DNA of 64,000 nucleotides from Acidobacteriota bacterium (GTDB taxonomy: Bacteria; Acidobacteriota; Blastocatellia; UBA7656): positions 1,443 to 65,442 of the forward strand of contig JACQDB010000020.1 of NCBI GenBank assembly GCA_016201275.1, read 5' to 3'. The translations under genes and the position numbers were made by a program. The notes beneath the pieces are model-generated. The model was given only the letters and a program-made list of their open reading frames with translations, did no database searches and was not told where the DNA came from. Shown one piece after another: positions 49,732 through 60,833 of the stretch (within the stretch, counting starts at the first letter, position 1; the number at the start of each line of letters is the position of its first letter).

Positions 49732-51813
49732 TTACTTTGCATCAGGCGGGACAGCCGCCGGGTTGTGGTTCAAATATTTATCGAACCAATACAATTGCCA
49801 GTTCAAGCTTTCGACCAGGTGGCGCGGTTCGCCGGTGCGCGTCAAGTTGTGATTCTCGCGCGGAAAGATAACCAACTCCGCTGTCGCGCCATAAAACTTC
49901 AAAGCGCGAAACCACTGCTCGCCCTGTTCAAGCGGCACGCGATAATCGTTGTCCGAATGTAGTATCAAAATCGGCGTCTTCACATTCTTGGCATATTGCA
50001 AAGGCGAACGCTCCCAATAAAGTTCGAACTTCTCGAACAGGTCGCCGCCAAAATCACGCTTGTGGCCATAAGCGCCGTCGCGTGTGCCTTCGTCACTGAT
50101 GAAATTCACCACGCTGCGAAGCGTCACCGCTGCCTTGAACAGTTGGGTGTGACCGACTATCCAGTTGGTCAAAAAACCGCCGTAGCTGCCGCCCGTCACA
50201 CCCAATCGCTCGCGGTCTATCCAGTCGTACTTTTTCAAAATCGTTTCGACGCCGTTCATCACGTCCACATAATCTTTGCCGCCCCATTCGTTCTTGATGC
50301 CGCGCTCGAATTTTTCGCCGTAGCCGGTTGAGCCGCGCGGATTGGTGAAAAATACCGCCCAGCCGTTGGCCGCATAGACTTGAAATTCATGCAGCCACTC
50401 CACGCCGTACATTCCCGCCGGGCCGCCGTGAATGCTCAACACCATAGGATATTTTGCGCCAGCTTTCCAACCTCTGGGCTTGACGAAAAATCCGTCAACG
50501 TCCCAACCATCCGCGCCCTTGTAGCTCAGGCGCTCGACCTCCATCAATTCCAGTTGCGGCCACCATCGCTCATTCAAATGGGTCAGCTTTCTGCCCGTCG
50601 TTGCGCTGGTGTCGGCGACCATATCCAACACATATAGATCATCGAGATGGGTGAAATCGTTGGCCATAAAAACCAGCTTGCGCGTTTTATCGCTGATGAC
50701 GAAATTGCGAACGGCGTGTGCGCCTTTGGTGATTGGCTTTAACTCTTGGCTCGCCACAGCAACGCGAAAGACCTGCGTTTCGCCTTTCACACCGGCATCA
50801 AAATAGAGCGCCTTGCCGTCTTCCGCCCACGTCAAATTGGCGGGGATCAAATCGAGATCGTTCACCGCCAGAATTGCCGCGCTATTGCCGACGCTTGCGG
50901 CCAGCCAGATTTTCGGATGACTGCTCTCAACGACGCTGCCTATAAAAGCGAGGGTCTTGCCATCGGGCGACCAGCGCGGCGAGTAGTCTGGTTCCGGGTG
51001 ATCGGAAATTTTCGTGAGTGGTCCGCCGTCCGCCGGAATGACGAAAACATCGGTGTTGCGGTCGCCATCGAAAGCCTTGCCGGTGCGATTCGAGACAAAC
51101 GCTAGGTGTGCGCCATCGGGCGACCATTGCGGGTCGCTGTCGTCCCAATCGTTGCCCGAAGTAAGCACTTTGGTGTTGCCGTTTTCAACCTCAACCACAA
51201 AGAGGTGGCTGCGTTTATCATCGAACCAGCCGCTGTCGTTGAATTTGTAGGAGATGTGTTTGTAGTGGCGCACGTCGCTGCGTTCGCGGTTGTCGGTGCG
51301 GTTGTCGCTGGGGCCGACGCGGCTCACGCAGACCAGGCGTTTGCCATCCGGCGACCATTGAAAACTGCTCACGCCATTTTTGAAACTGGTGAGGCGATGC
51401 GGTTCGCCGCCCTGCATGGACAACGACCAGACCTGCGGCCTCACTGTCTCGCCAGTCTCGTTTGCCGAGGGTCGCGCCGAAATGAAAGCGAGAGCTTGGC
51501 CGTCTGGACTCCAGCGCGGCGCATGGGAAGATAGATGACTCGCGGTCAATTGTCGCGGCGGCGTTGCGCTATCCAGAGGGGTCAGCCATATAGATGAAAA
51601 GCGGCGGTTCTGTTTGCGATCAACGGTGGTGACGACATAAGCGACGCGCTCGCCATCGGGGGCCATTTGCGGGTCGCTCAAAAATTGAAAGGCATAATAA
51701 TCTTCCGGGGTGATACCGCGTTTGTTGGCCTGCTGCGAAGTTCCCGCCATCAGGCTCGATGAAATAATCAGCGCGATCAAGAGCGCGACTGAGAGTTTCA
51801 AAATTCTTTTCAT
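49732..51813 (-). CDS. S9 family peptidase (acylaminoacyl-peptidase-like)
   Basis: WSPDG repeats, HGGP, NPRGSTGYG, GGSYGG, D.RVP, ENH. Confidence 0.94.
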   Translation of the reverse strand: MKRILKLSVALLIALIISSSLMAGTSQQANKRGITPEDYYAFQFLSDPQMAPDGERVAYVVTTVDRKQNRRFSSIWLTPLDSATPPRQLTASHLSSHAPRWSPDGQALAFISARPSANETGETVRPQVWSLSMQGGEPHRLTSFKNGVSSFQWSPDGKRLVCVSRVGPSDNRTDNRERSDVRHYKHISYKFNDSGWFDDKRSHLFVVEVENGNTKVLTSGNDWDDSDPQWSPDGAHLAFVSNRTGKAFDGDRNTDVFVIPADGGPLTKISDHPEPDYSPRWSPDGKTLAFIGSVVESSHPKIWLAASVGNSAAILAVNDLDLIPANLTWAEDGKALYFDAGVKGETQVFRVAVASQELKPITKGAHAVRNFVISDKTRKLVFMANDFTHLDDLYVLDMVADTSATTGRKLTHLNERWWPQLELMEVERLSYKGADGWDVDGFFVKPRGWKAGAKYPMVLSIHGGPAGMYGVEWLHEFQVYAANGWAVFFTNPRGSTGYGEKFERGIKNEWGGKDYVDVMNGVETILKKYDWIDRERLGVTGGSYGGFLTNWIVGHTQLFKAAVTLRSVVNFISDEGTRDGAYGHKRDFGGDLFEKFELYWERSPLQYAKNVKTPILILHSDNDYRVPLEQGEQWFRALKFYGATAELVIFPRENHNLTRTGEPRHLVESLNWQLYWFDKYLNHNPAAVPPDAK

Positions 51814-52018
51814 AGCTTTTTCTTTTTCAAAATTGATTGAGTAATTTTGTGAACCAAGGCTCGGCAACAAGCCTTGGATTTTGCGAGTCTTGGCGGCTTG
51901 GCGGCTTGGTGCGAACCGGCGGTATCACCAGCGCCCCTCAATATTCACGCCAAGCCGCCAAGCAAACGCAAAGCAATGAACAAAGAAGGGCGATTATTGA
52001 TCGCCCTCTGAAATCAAT

Positions 52019-54151
52019 CTAACGTCCTGCTTGAGCGGCCAACGGGCGTTTGAATACTTTGGTCGTCGTAACGTGCTTCAACAATTCCGCCTTGTCCAAA
52101 AAGTAACTGGGCGCGGCTATGCTCTTGCTGAATAATTTTTCGGCTTGATCGTCCCAATGGCCGCTCTCTTTATGGTCGCTTTCGCCCAAAGGAATAATCG
52201 CGTAAGACTGCGGCGGGTTCGTCATCACGACAACCTGTGTAGAAGTCTGGCCGCCCTGCCCGACCATCTCTTTGCCGACCGGCGCGAAGCTAATGGCGCG
52301 CGGCGTAGCCATGCCGACCGCCTGCAAAGAGCCGCCGCCCACCGGCCAGGTCTTGTCGCCGCCTCGCCTGCCGACACGGAAATAGGTGCCATATGGCACG
52401 CGCACCGCACCGAAGGTCGTCTTGAGCCATTCAGCCGCTTGGCCTAACGCATCAAGAAGTTTTTCATCCGTGATCGTCGCCGGTGGTTCCACCTCTTTCG
52501 CCAGGTCGCCCAGCCCTTTCTTGAACGCATAAAATGCCATAGCGCCTGGTGAATCGGCATCGCTGCGACGATTCCAGTTTTGAATCAATTGATAAACCTC
52601 GAAAGCCTCGCCGGGTTTCATCATCGCTTTGGCCAATGCCTCTTTCAAACGCGCCTGCCAAGTTTCGGCTTTCCACACTGTCGGATTGAAAGCGATAGCC
52701 AGCGCCTGTTCGAGATTGACCTTGGTGGCTGCGTCCAAAAGCTGCGTCATCATTTCGCCGCGTTGATGGCGCGGAGCCTTGCGACTGGCATTGTACAAAT
52801 ACGGTGCGGCTGCGTAAGTTTCCGGCTGCAATTCTTTCGGCACCTCTTTCATCATGGCAAAAGGTGTGACGTTGCAATTGTGCATATAGCCGCTTGCCGG
52901 ATTGGTGATTTGCACGAGGTCTGAGAAAGGATGCAGCCCTTGCCATTCAGTCGCCGACGTATTGCCCGGAACCGGCTGCGACGCATCAACACCTTTGGCG
53001 CGAATCGGCACGCGACCATCGCGGACATAAAACAGATCGCCCTGCACAGTGGCGACCATGACGTTTTGCTGCATCAACTGCAACCGCGATAATGCCTTCT
53101 TCATTTCCGCAAGATTTTTTGCGGTCAGCATTTCATAAATTTCATCGCTGAGGCCAACCTCTTCAGCATAAGGAATGGCAAACGCATAGGCCTTGCCATT
53201 TTTGTGGGCAACGACTGCGCCGTGATGGGTGTATTCGATTTCGACCTCTTTGACCGCGAAGCCTTTGTCGGTCTTGACGCCAATCTTCTGTTTGCGAATC
53301 GTCATCTCGCGCCACTTGCCATCATATTTATATTGCCGGGGATTTTGCGGGTTGAGTTCTTCTTCATAAACATCCGAAGTATCAGGGCCGCCTGTGGTCA
53401 TGGCTATGGAACACCAGCGACTGTGACCAAGCGACGGAATCGGCATACCGAGAATCGAGACGCCCGCGACATTGAATTCCGGCGCATAGATTCGCACCTG
53501 ATAAAAACGAAACTCGTCGTACCAACTTAAATGCGGATCAATCACCGCTATGGGCGCGTTGAGCGTGGTGCGTTTGGCGGCAATCAACATTTGATTCGAG
53601 CCGCGATAAGCCATCGGGTCGGGTTGAATTCCGGCTCTTGATAAATCACCAGCCGCTTCGCCCAACGGCCAGCCGAAAATGATGTAGCGCGACAAGGCTA
53701 TGACATCCCAGGGGTGAATTTCCTGCGCCCAGGCAGGCACTTGTTCGGGATGCTCTTGCATAAATTGTTTGATGCCCTCTTGATACGACTCGATGACGGC
53801 GCGCATTTTGGGGCTGATGGTGGAATATTTTTCGCGGCTGATTTCTGAATGCCGCCACATTCGTTGAAGTAAATCATCGCGGAAATATTTATCGCCAAAG
53901 ACCTCTGACATAGTACCGTTGGCGCGGCGATAATTCTTTAACAACTCTTCCAGACGGTCTTCGGCCTGCGCGTAGCCGATGGCGTAAGCGGCAGCTTCAA
54001 GCGAGGGCGCAAAGATATGCGGGATGCCGTATTCATCGCGGTACATGGTGGTGTCGCCGTTGCTCTTGGCGGTTCGGTTGAGCGCCGCCGTAGAGAGCGC
54101 AAACGGCAGCAAAAACCCGATCAGCAGCACGAACGCATAAAGCTTTTTCAT
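52019..54151 (-). CDS. Penicillin acylase family (Ntn hydrolase)
   Basis: [18 protein letters not shown]|SN autocleavage site, DPH, NP.SGY..NCN. Confidence 0.92.
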   Translation of the reverse strand: MKKLYAFVLLIGFLLPFALSTAALNRTAKSNGDTTMYRDEYGIPHIFAPSLEAAAYAIGYAQAEDRLEELLKNYRRANGTMSEVFGDKYFRDDLLQRMWRHSEISREKYSTISPKMRAVIESYQEGIKQFMQEHPEQVPAWAQEIHPWDVIALSRYIIFGWPLGEAAGDLSRAGIQPDPMAYRGSNQMLIAAKRTTLNAPIAVIDPHLSWYDEFRFYQVRIYAPEFNVAGVSILGMPIPSLGHSRWCSIAMTTGGPDTSDVYEEELNPQNPRQYKYDGKWREMTIRKQKIGVKTDKGFAVKEVEIEYTHHGAVVAHKNGKAYAFAIPYAEEVGLSDEIYEMLTAKNLAEMKKALSRLQLMQQNVMVATVQGDLFYVRDGRVPIRAKGVDASQPVPGNTSATEWQGLHPFSDLVQITNPASGYMHNCNVTPFAMMKEVPKELQPETYAAAPYLYNASRKAPRHQRGEMMTQLLDAATKVNLEQALAIAFNPTVWKAETWQARLKEALAKAMMKPGEAFEVYQLIQNWNRRSDADSPGAMAFYAFKKGLGDLAKEVEPPATITDEKLLDALGQAAEWLKTTFGAVRVPYGTYFRVGRRGGDKTWPVGGGSLQAVGMATPRAISFAPVGKEMVGQGGQTSTQVVVMTNPPQSYAIIPLGESDHKESGHWDDQAEKLFSKSIAAPSYFLDKAELLKHVTTTKVFKRPLAAQAGR

Positions 54152-54400
54152 AGCCAAACTCCTGGTCTCGAAAGGTGAAAGCATCCACGGTTGAGCGCAG
54201 CGATGATAAGCCATGCAAAGTTCGCTTGTCCACTTGTCGGTTTTGGTTTTTGCGGACGGGCGTGGGCTTGGCTTTTCAACTTGTAGGCGGTTTGAAAAAT
54301 GATTATGCTTTTGGCGTCCAATCCAAAATCACTAGCATCGCCGCACTCCTCCATTTTCGGATGGCTGATTTATGGTTTCGCAGTTAGGTCGGGCAATCGT

Positions 54401-55300
54401 ATGAACAGAAGACAAGCACTTTTTTCGCTGGCGGCAATGGGTGCCACAGCGTTATTCAAATCCGCTTCCTTACTCAACTTCAATGACAGCAAAGCGCTGC
54501 TACGCTTTGCCGTCATCGGCGATTGGGGAACCGGCGACCGCACCGAAGGAGAGTTGGCGAAAACCATGTTTGAAACCCACCAGCGCGACCCTTTTGAATT
54601 TATACTGACGGTTGGTGACAACATCTATCCAGACGGCAAGCCCGAACATTTCGTCAAGAAATTCGAGAAACCGTTTGAAGCTTTGTTACGCGCTCAGGTG
54701 CCGTTTTACGCAACCTTGGGCAATCACGATGTCGAAGGCGGACGCCAGGCGCAGGTTGCTTATCCTTTATTTCACATGAACGGCGAGAGCTATTATCAAT
54801 TGAGCAAAGCCAACGGCCTGATTGAAGCGTTCATGATTGATTCGACCGCATTCAACGAGCGGCAAAGGTCGTGGCTGGAAGCGGCGTTGAAATCGTCAAC
54901 CGCCAAATGGAAAGTGGCCTGCTTCCATCACCCGCTCTATTCATCAGGCAAAAAGCATGGCTCGCAGGATGACTTGAGAAAACTGCTGGAGCCGCTCTTA
55001 ATGAATTACGGCGTCAAGGTTGTGTTTTCCGGTCACGATCATTTTTATGAACGCTTGAAGGTGAAAAACGACATTCAGTATTTTGTCACGGGCGCGGGCG
55101 GGTCGTTGCGACGTGGCGGCTTGAATCAACATAGCGGCCTGACTGCCGCCAGTTATGACCAAGACAATCATTTCATGGTCATCGAAATGAACGAGACGGA
55201 AATTTCCTTTCGCGCCATCAACCGCATCGGCGACATCGTGGACAAGGGGCTGCTTCAAAAAACTCCGGCGGCGGTGGTCGGCGCGATGGCTGGATTTTAA
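54401..55300 (+). CDS. Tat-exported metallophosphoesterase (purple acid phosphatase-like)
   Basis: NRRQAL signal, GDWG, GDNIY, GNHD, HHP, GHDH. Confidence 0.92.
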   Translation: MNRRQALFSLAAMGATALFKSASLLNFNDSKALLRFAVIGDWGTGDRTEGELAKTMFETHQRDPFEFILTVGDNIYPDGKPEHFVKKFEKPFEALLRAQVPFYATLGNHDVEGGRQAQVAYPLFHMNGESYYQLSKANGLIEAFMIDSTAFNERQRSWLEAALKSSTAKWKVACFHHPLYSSGKKHGSQDDLRKLLEPLLMNYGVKVVFSGHDHFYERLKVKNDIQYFVTGAGGSLRRGGLNQHSGLTAASYDQDNHFMVIEMNETEISFRAINRIGDIVDKGLLQKTPAAVVGAMAGF

Positions 55301-55303
55301 GCC

Positions 55304-55357
55304 GCTTGATGAAGGTGGCGAAAATCGCTTCACGGTTTTCCGCCACCTTCATCAAGC
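55304..55357. terminator. Long hairpin between convergent genes
   Basis: 17-bp IR GCTTGATGAAGGTGGCG / CGCCACCTTCATCAAGC. Confidence 0.65.
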
Positions 55358-55966
55358 CCCGGTAGTCGAAGCGGCGCGGGCTTGGCGAAGCAATTCATCG
55401 CTATGAATTACTTGCGCGCCGCGCTTGAGCACTTCGCCAATGGCTCGTTCCCCATCGCCTTCCTGCACTTCGACAGCGCGAATCGCATCGCCGATCACCA
55501 CAACCTCATAACCATTTTGCAAAGCCGCAAGCGCCGTAACCTTGACGCAATAATCGGTCGCCAGCCCGGCGATAAAAACTTTCTCTATGCCCTTCTTTTG
55601 CAGATACGGATGCAACGAATCGCCGGCTTCATTGCGGCCATCGAAGCCGGAATAGGAATCGTCTGCGGGGGTGTAGGCTTTGCGGAAATAGTCGTCTATG
55701 CGGGTTTGCTGAAGCGCCCTATGCAGGGCTGCGCCGTTGCTGTGCTGCACACAATGCGGCGGCCACATCCCGCCGTACTGACGAAAGGAGCAGTGATTGA
55801 ACGGATGCCAATCCAAGGTAGCGACAACCACAGGAAATAACCGCATCAAGCGATTGACCACTTCAACAACCGCATCGCCATCGTTGACTGCCAGCGCCCC
55901 GCCGGGGCAAAAATCATTTTGTATATCCACCAAAATTAATGCGGACTGCTGAAATAGCCGATTCAT
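55352..55966 (-). CDS. pncA: Nicotinamidase/pyrazinamidase
   Basis: VDIQNDFCPGGALAV, DWHP..H.SF, WPPHCVQ, GLATDYCV. Confidence 0.93.
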   Translation of the reverse strand: MNRLFQQSALILVDIQNDFCPGGALAVNDGDAVVEVVNRLMRLFPVVVATLDWHPFNHCSFRQYGGMWPPHCVQHSNGAALHRALQQTRIDDYFRKAYTPADDSYSGFDGRNEAGDSLHPYLQKKGIEKVFIAGLATDYCVKVTALAALQNGYEVVVIGDAIRAVEVQEGDGERAIGEVLKRGAQVIHSDELLRQARAASTTGA

Positions 55967-56053
55967 AAATTCTCTCCCGCGCAAATGGCTTTCCATCCCC
56001 TGTATTGTAGCGGCACTTTTCGCCCAGCCCAACCCCTGCCCTAAGCCGTGCTT

Positions 56054-56842
56054 TCAATGTTCCTTAAAAAAGTTAAGCATCTCGCGGTGAGAAATTTCCG
56101 TCTGGTCGGTCATAAAAATGTGACTGGCATTTTTGAGCATGAGCAATTTCGCCTGGGGGATTAAAGCGGCAATCAGTCGGCCATTTTCAGGCGGCACCAG
56201 GGCATCGCTTTCGCCGTGAATCACCAAAGTCGGCGCGGTGATTTGCGACAGGCGCTGGCGCGATTCCCAAGACAAAATCGCGCCAAGCTGTCCGTAATAC
56301 CCGGCCTCGGTCGGAAACCATTGCATACGAATCTGCAAATCTTCTTCGACCTTTTCACGCGGCGTCCCGGCATCGTAAATAAACGGAACCATCGCATAAG
56401 CGCCATCTTTGGGCGTCATCGAGCCACGGGCTTTCAAAATTTCCAGCACCTTCGGGGCGGCGGTTTTGACGCTTTTGCCGCCGAAATTGGTGCAGCCCAA
56501 AATCAGCGCACGCACGCGCTCAGGATAACTCAAGGCGAATTCCTGGGCGATCATACCGCCCATCGAAATGCCGAACACGCGAGCTTGTTCGATATTGGCA
56601 GCATCCATAACCGCTTTGACATCTGCCGCCATGGCGGCGATGGAATAGGGCGGCGGCGGCACACTGCTGCGCCCGACACCGCGATTTTCTATGACGAGGG
56701 TGCGGAAATGCTCGGCCATCAACGGGCGCGTGCGATGCCACATATCAATGCTCGAAGCCAAGCCCATGATTAGCACCAACGGTTCGCCTTTGCCCGCTTC
56801 TTCCCAATAAATTTTGGCACCGGAATTTTCGATGTATGGCAT
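56054..56842 (-). CDS. Alpha/beta hydrolase
   Basis: NRGVGRS, GISMGG, HGESD, ASH; start overlaps the upstream stop (TGATG). Confidence 0.92.
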   Translation of the reverse strand: MPYIENSGAKIYWEEAGKGEPLVLIMGLASSIDMWHRTRPLMAEHFRTLVIENRGVGRSSVPPPPYSIAAMAADVKAVMDAANIEQARVFGISMGGMIAQEFALSYPERVRALILGCTNFGGKSVKTAAPKVLEILKARGSMTPKDGAYAMVPFIYDAGTPREKVEEDLQIRMQWFPTEAGYYGQLGAILSWESRQRLSQITAPTLVIHGESDALVPPENGRLIAALIPQAKLLMLKNASHIFMTDQTEISHREMLNFFKEH

Positions 56843-57801
56843 CAGTCCCGTCCTTTCGTATGGTGCTTGAGCCATGCCGTCAACTCACTTTTGTTTTTGA
56901 AATCGAGTAAGGCGATGGCCAGTCTTTCAAGCTGCTTTACGGAAAGTGCATCAATCTGTTTGCGAACCGGCAGCGCGAGTTTACCAAAGCGGCGCGTCAA
57001 CAGACGTACTACCAGCTTTCTCTCTCCTTGCTCCAAGCCTTGCTCCAAGCCTTGCTCCAAGCCTTGCTCCAAGCCTTGCTCCAAGCCTTGCTCCAAGCCC
57101 CGCTCCAAGCCTTGTTGCAAGCCTTGCTCCAAGCCTCTTTGAATCCAATCTTGAACCACCACTGATTCTTCCAACATATCGCCCTCCTTCAATATCCGAT
57201 AAATCAAGTTTCTATCATAGCGCAAGCCAGCCAGAGCCTGCGACATGGTGATCAACTCGCGGCGTTCCTGCACCACCTGCTGTTTGGCGATTGCCGAGGC
57301 CACCCGGCGCAATAGTTTTTCACCCGAAGCGGTCTGACAAATCGTCGCCAAGGGCAACAAACCGACATACGGCAACAGCTCTTCCGGGTCTTCCTGCCAC
57401 ATCCGTTTCACCTTGAAACGATGCAGCGTATCTTCATCCTCATACGTCTCCGGCACTGCTTCACCGCTGTCTTTTAATACCAACACCACTTGCCGAATTC
57501 GCTGCTCTTCATAAATTCGCTTAAAGCCGACTTTATAATCCAGCATACGCAGAGGCAGCGGCGGCTGACTCTTTGCCGAGGTTTGAAATTCGATATGAAA
57601 CAACTCGCCTGCGGCGCTGAATTGAATCGCCGCATCAGCGCGAATCGGCTCGCGGCTCAATTCCGTTTTGACGATTTCTAGCGTCTCTGCTTGAATGCCA
57701 AACAGCCAGGCAACAAATTGTTCAGGATATTTTTCCGCTAGTTTCTTACACAGGTTATCGCTCGGCAAAAGCTTCTGCCGAGCAGTCAGTTGCGGCTCCA
57801 T
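56842..57801 (-). CDS. Rpn-like PD-(D/E)xK nuclease with DUF4351 C-terminus
   Basis: TELS.EPIRAD, HIEFQT, P.RMLDY, GLEQ repeats, L.RRFG.L....I..LS..QLE.L..ALLDF. Confidence 0.85.
   Translation of the reverse strand: MEPQLTARQKLLPSDNLCKKLAEKYPEQFVAWLFGIQAETLEIVKTELSREPIRADAAIQFSAAGELFHIEFQTSAKSQPPLPLRMLDYKVGFKRIYEEQRIRQVVLVLKDSGEAVPETYEDEDTLHRFKVKRMWQEDPEELLPYVGLLPLATICQTASGEKLLRRVASAIAKQQVVQERRELITMSQALAGLRYDRNLIYRILKEGDMLEESVVVQDWIQRGLEQGLQQGLERGLEQGLEQGLEQGLEQGLEQGLEQGERKLVVRLLTRRFGKLALPVRKQIDALSVKQLERLAIALLDFKNKSELTAWLKHHTKGRD
57028..57135 (-). repeat. 12-bp x9 coding tandem repeat (GLEQ)
   Basis: TTGCTCCAAGCC repeated nine times, two variant units. Confidence 0.95.
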
Positions 57802-57858
57802 AGGGATCTGTGGTTTCTTCAATACTCGGCATCCTGGGGTTGACGATACCCTTGGCCT

Positions 57859-59364
57859 TTAGCGCTTCACGGGGTCGCCCCACTGCACTTCCTGACGCAG
57901 TTTCGGCTTCACAATTTTGCCATTCGGATTCCTCGGCAGCGGCGTCGCACTGATGCTCACATACTGCGGCACTTTGAAGTCAGCAATCAATTCTCTCGTA
58001 AAAGCGCACAATTCTTTGGGGTCGAGCGCTTGCCCAGGCTTCGGAAAAATCACCGCGCCGACCTTTTCGCCCATCACTTCATCAGGAACGCCTAGCACCG
58101 CCACTTCAAACACCGCAGGATGCGCGGCTATCGCATTCTCGACCTCCACGCAATAAACATTTTCGCCGCCACGACAAATCATGTCTTTCTTGCGATCAAC
58201 AATCTGCACGAAGCCGTCCGCATCTATGCGCGCCATATCGCCAGTGTGCAACCAGCCGTCAACAAAGGCCGCCGCTGTCGCTTCCGCTTTGTTCCAATAC
58301 CCGGCAACAATATTCTGCCCGCGAATCAACAACTCGCCCGCGCCGGTCTCTTCATCAATTTCAAACAATTGCAAATCCACCACCGGCGCAGCAAAGCCCA
58401 CAGTTTCGGCGCGTGTCTTCGCATAATCGTGGGGCAGGAAAGTTGACACCGAAGAAGTTTCGGACAAGCCGAAACCATTGCCCAGACGCGCCTGCGGATA
58501 GGCTTCCATCAATTGCGCGACCAGTTCCGGCGCGGTCGGCGCGCCGCCATAGGTCACCCAACGCACGTGCGACACATCCAGCGTTTGAAATTGCGGTTGA
58601 TTAATCGCCAGCCAATGAATCGCCGGAACCGAAGTCAGCAAATCGCAGCGCTCCTCTTTGATAGCGCGCAAAAAATCCTGCACATTGAACGAAGGCATGA
58701 TCACCGTCGTGCCGCCGCCATCAAGCGTCGGTAAAAACTGGCTATTGCAACCCGTCACATGAAAGAGCGGCACTGAAACCAGATTGCGAACATTGTCATA
58801 ACGCGCCATGCGATTGATGCGCTGACAGGTTTCGACATTGGATAAAAAATTTTCCTGCGTGGTCATCGCGCCTTTGGGAAATCCCGTCGTGCCGCTGGTA
58901 TAAAAGATTGCCGCCACCTCTTCGCGTCGCACATCATCCAGCACGAACGGCGTCCCAGTGGGCAAGGCTTCGCCGGTTTGAAAGACAAATTTCGCGCCGG
59001 AATCATTAACTACATATTCGACTTCGGCTGCGCTGAAGCGCGTGTTGACGGGTACGGCAATCGCGCCAATCATCTGCGCGCCATAAAACGCCAGACACCA
59101 ATCCACACCGTTTGGCAGATGAATTCCTACGCGGTCGCCGCGCTTTACGCCCAAGGCTTTCAAGCCCCCGGCCACGCGAGTCGCTTCGTCCCAAAATTCC
59201 TGATAGCGCAAACGCCTGCCGCCCAATTCAACCAACGCTTCGTGCTGCGGCGTTCGCTCAACCGGCACGCGCAGCATCTCAATCAAATTATTCGGCAAAT
59301 TCGTGTAACGAGCGATGCCCTGTGCATCGCGTTCAACGCCGCTTCTATCGAACGGATATTCCAT
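57859..59364 (-). CDS. Acyl-CoA synthetase (AMP-binding)
   Basis: YTSGTTGFPKG, GFGLSE, LHTGD, RGGENV, LPRNPNGK. Confidence 0.93.
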   Translation of the reverse strand: MEYPFDRSGVERDAQGIARYTNLPNNLIEMLRVPVERTPQHEALVELGGRRLRYQEFWDEATRVAGGLKALGVKRGDRVGIHLPNGVDWCLAFYGAQMIGAIAVPVNTRFSAAEVEYVVNDSGAKFVFQTGEALPTGTPFVLDDVRREEVAAIFYTSGTTGFPKGAMTTQENFLSNVETCQRINRMARYDNVRNLVSVPLFHVTGCNSQFLPTLDGGGTTVIMPSFNVQDFLRAIKEERCDLLTSVPAIHWLAINQPQFQTLDVSHVRWVTYGGAPTAPELVAQLMEAYPQARLGNGFGLSETSSVSTFLPHDYAKTRAETVGFAAPVVDLQLFEIDEETGAGELLIRGQNIVAGYWNKAEATAAAFVDGWLHTGDMARIDADGFVQIVDRKKDMICRGGENVYCVEVENAIAAHPAVFEVAVLGVPDEVMGEKVGAVIFPKPGQALDPKELCAFTRELIADFKVPQYVSISATPLPRNPNGKIVKPKLRQEVQWGDPVKR

Positions 59365-59372
59365 TAAATTCT

Positions 59373-59420
59373 CTCCCTCTCTCCCTGTCTCCCCTTCTCC
59401 TTGTCTCTTCTACTCCCCTT
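59373..59420. repeat. Octamer tandem repeat x6
   Basis: CTCCCTCT CTCCCTGT CTCCCCTT CTCCTTGT CTCTTCTA CTCCCCTT. Confidence 0.75.
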
Positions 59421-59421
59421 C

Positions 59422-60399
59422 TCAATATGCGCCCTGAGTTGCAAAAATCCGGCGCGGGTTTTCCACCAGCATCATCTGAATTTGTTGCTCGCTGACGCCC
59501 TGTTCCTGCAACGCCGGAATGACATCGTTATGAATGTGGAGAAAATGCCAACGCGGTAAGATAATCGGCAAGCTCTCTTCCGGCAACCAGTCGTTGAAAC
59601 AAGCGGCATCCTGCGACAACACCATTTTATTAGCGTGTCCGCGATGGCACATTTCCGCGACGGTCCTGACGCGGTCTTCAAAGGGCAGCAGAACATCTAT
59701 GCCGAATCTGTCCATGCCCAGATACGAGCCTTGCGCGATGAGTTTTTCCAGATACGCTATATCTGTTGTGTCGCCCGAATGACCGATGATGACGCGAGAT
59801 AAATCCACGCCCTCTTCGGCAAAGATACGTTGCTGTTCAAGGCCGCGTTCGGTGTGCGCGTGAGTATGCGTAGAGATCGGCACGCCGGTTTGGCGATGCG
59901 CTTTGGCAACGGCGCGCAGCACGCGCTCGACGCCTTCGGTGACGCCTTGCCGATCCGTAGCGCATTTCAAGATCGCCGCTTTGACGCCGGTTCCGGCAAT
60001 GCCTTCTTCGATGTCGCGGACAAACATCTCGGTCATGATTTCCGGGCCATTGAGAATGGTGTCGGGACCGCGATATTGAAAATACATAGGAATATCGTTG
60101 TAGGTATAAACCCCTGTGGCCACGATGATGTTGATGTCGGTCTGGGCGGCGATGCGTTGAATGCGCGGGATGTAGCGCCCCAAACCGAGGACGGTTAAAT
60201 CAACCACGGAGTCAACGCCACGCGCTTTCAATTCATTGAGCCGCGTGATGGCGTCATTGATGCGCTGCTCTTCATCGCCCCAAATTTCGGGGAAGTTTTG
60301 ATTGATCTCTGTCGAAAGCACAAAGATATGTTCGTGCATCAAGGTCTGCCCTAATTGGTCAGTCCCGATTGCGCCTTTTACGGTGTTTATCTGTGGCAT
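59422..60399 (-). CDS. Phosphotriesterase-like lactonase (Php family)
   Basis: TLMHEH, GLGR, LKCATD, PISTHT, IGHSGD, GMDRFG. Confidence 0.93.
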   Translation of the reverse strand: MPQINTVKGAIGTDQLGQTLMHEHIFVLSTEINQNFPEIWGDEEQRINDAITRLNELKARGVDSVVDLTVLGLGRYIPRIQRIAAQTDINIIVATGVYTYNDIPMYFQYRGPDTILNGPEIMTEMFVRDIEEGIAGTGVKAAILKCATDRQGVTEGVERVLRAVAKAHRQTGVPISTHTHAHTERGLEQQRIFAEEGVDLSRVIIGHSGDTTDIAYLEKLIAQGSYLGMDRFGIDVLLPFEDRVRTVAEMCHRGHANKMVLSQDAACFNDWLPEESLPIILPRWHFLHIHNDVIPALQEQGVSEQQIQMMLVENPRRIFATQGAY

Positions 60400-60419
60400 T
60401 TTTCCTCCTAGCGAAAACT

Positions 60420-60713
60420 TTACAATTCAATTTTTAACTTGCGAATTCTCTTGGTGGCGATTCGATGCCCTAATAACCCGCCAGCCAATCCGCCTCCCAA
60501 ATATCCAAACAAAAAGCCAAAGCCATGCTCTACAAGAAAGAGCAATCCTAGAGAGAGAGTGAAGGCTCCCAATCCTGCATAGAAGGCGGAGAAAGAGTAT
60601 AAAAGAATACTTCTCGAATAAGGGTCAACACGAGTAGTGGCTATGTGGACTAAACTACCCAAGCCACCAAAAACCATTAGCGCAAATGTAAAGCCCATCA
60701 TTGGAAGTAACAT
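60420..60713 (-). CDS. Hypothetical small membrane protein
   Basis: AGGAGA RBS, three hydrophobic segments, AT-rich. Confidence 0.6.
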   Translation of the reverse strand: MLLPMMGFTFALMVFGGLGSLVHIATTRVDPYSRSILLYSFSAFYAGLGAFTLSLGLLFLVEHGFGFLFGYLGGGLAGGLLGHRIATKRIRKLKIEL

Positions 60714-60734
60714 TGGGGCTCTCCTGTAATGCTA

Positions 60735-60833
60735 TTAAACAATCGTCATGCCATCATCAACAACTATCGCTTGACCTGCGATGTAGTTTGAAGCGTCAGT
60801 CGCTAAAAACACTGCTACGCCTTTTCAACTCGC
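60735..60833 (-). pseudogene. Stranded copy of the SDR gene 3' end (older relic)
   Basis: Aligns to 63426-63523 with 4 amino-acid changes and a 1-nt insertion. Confidence 0.9.
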
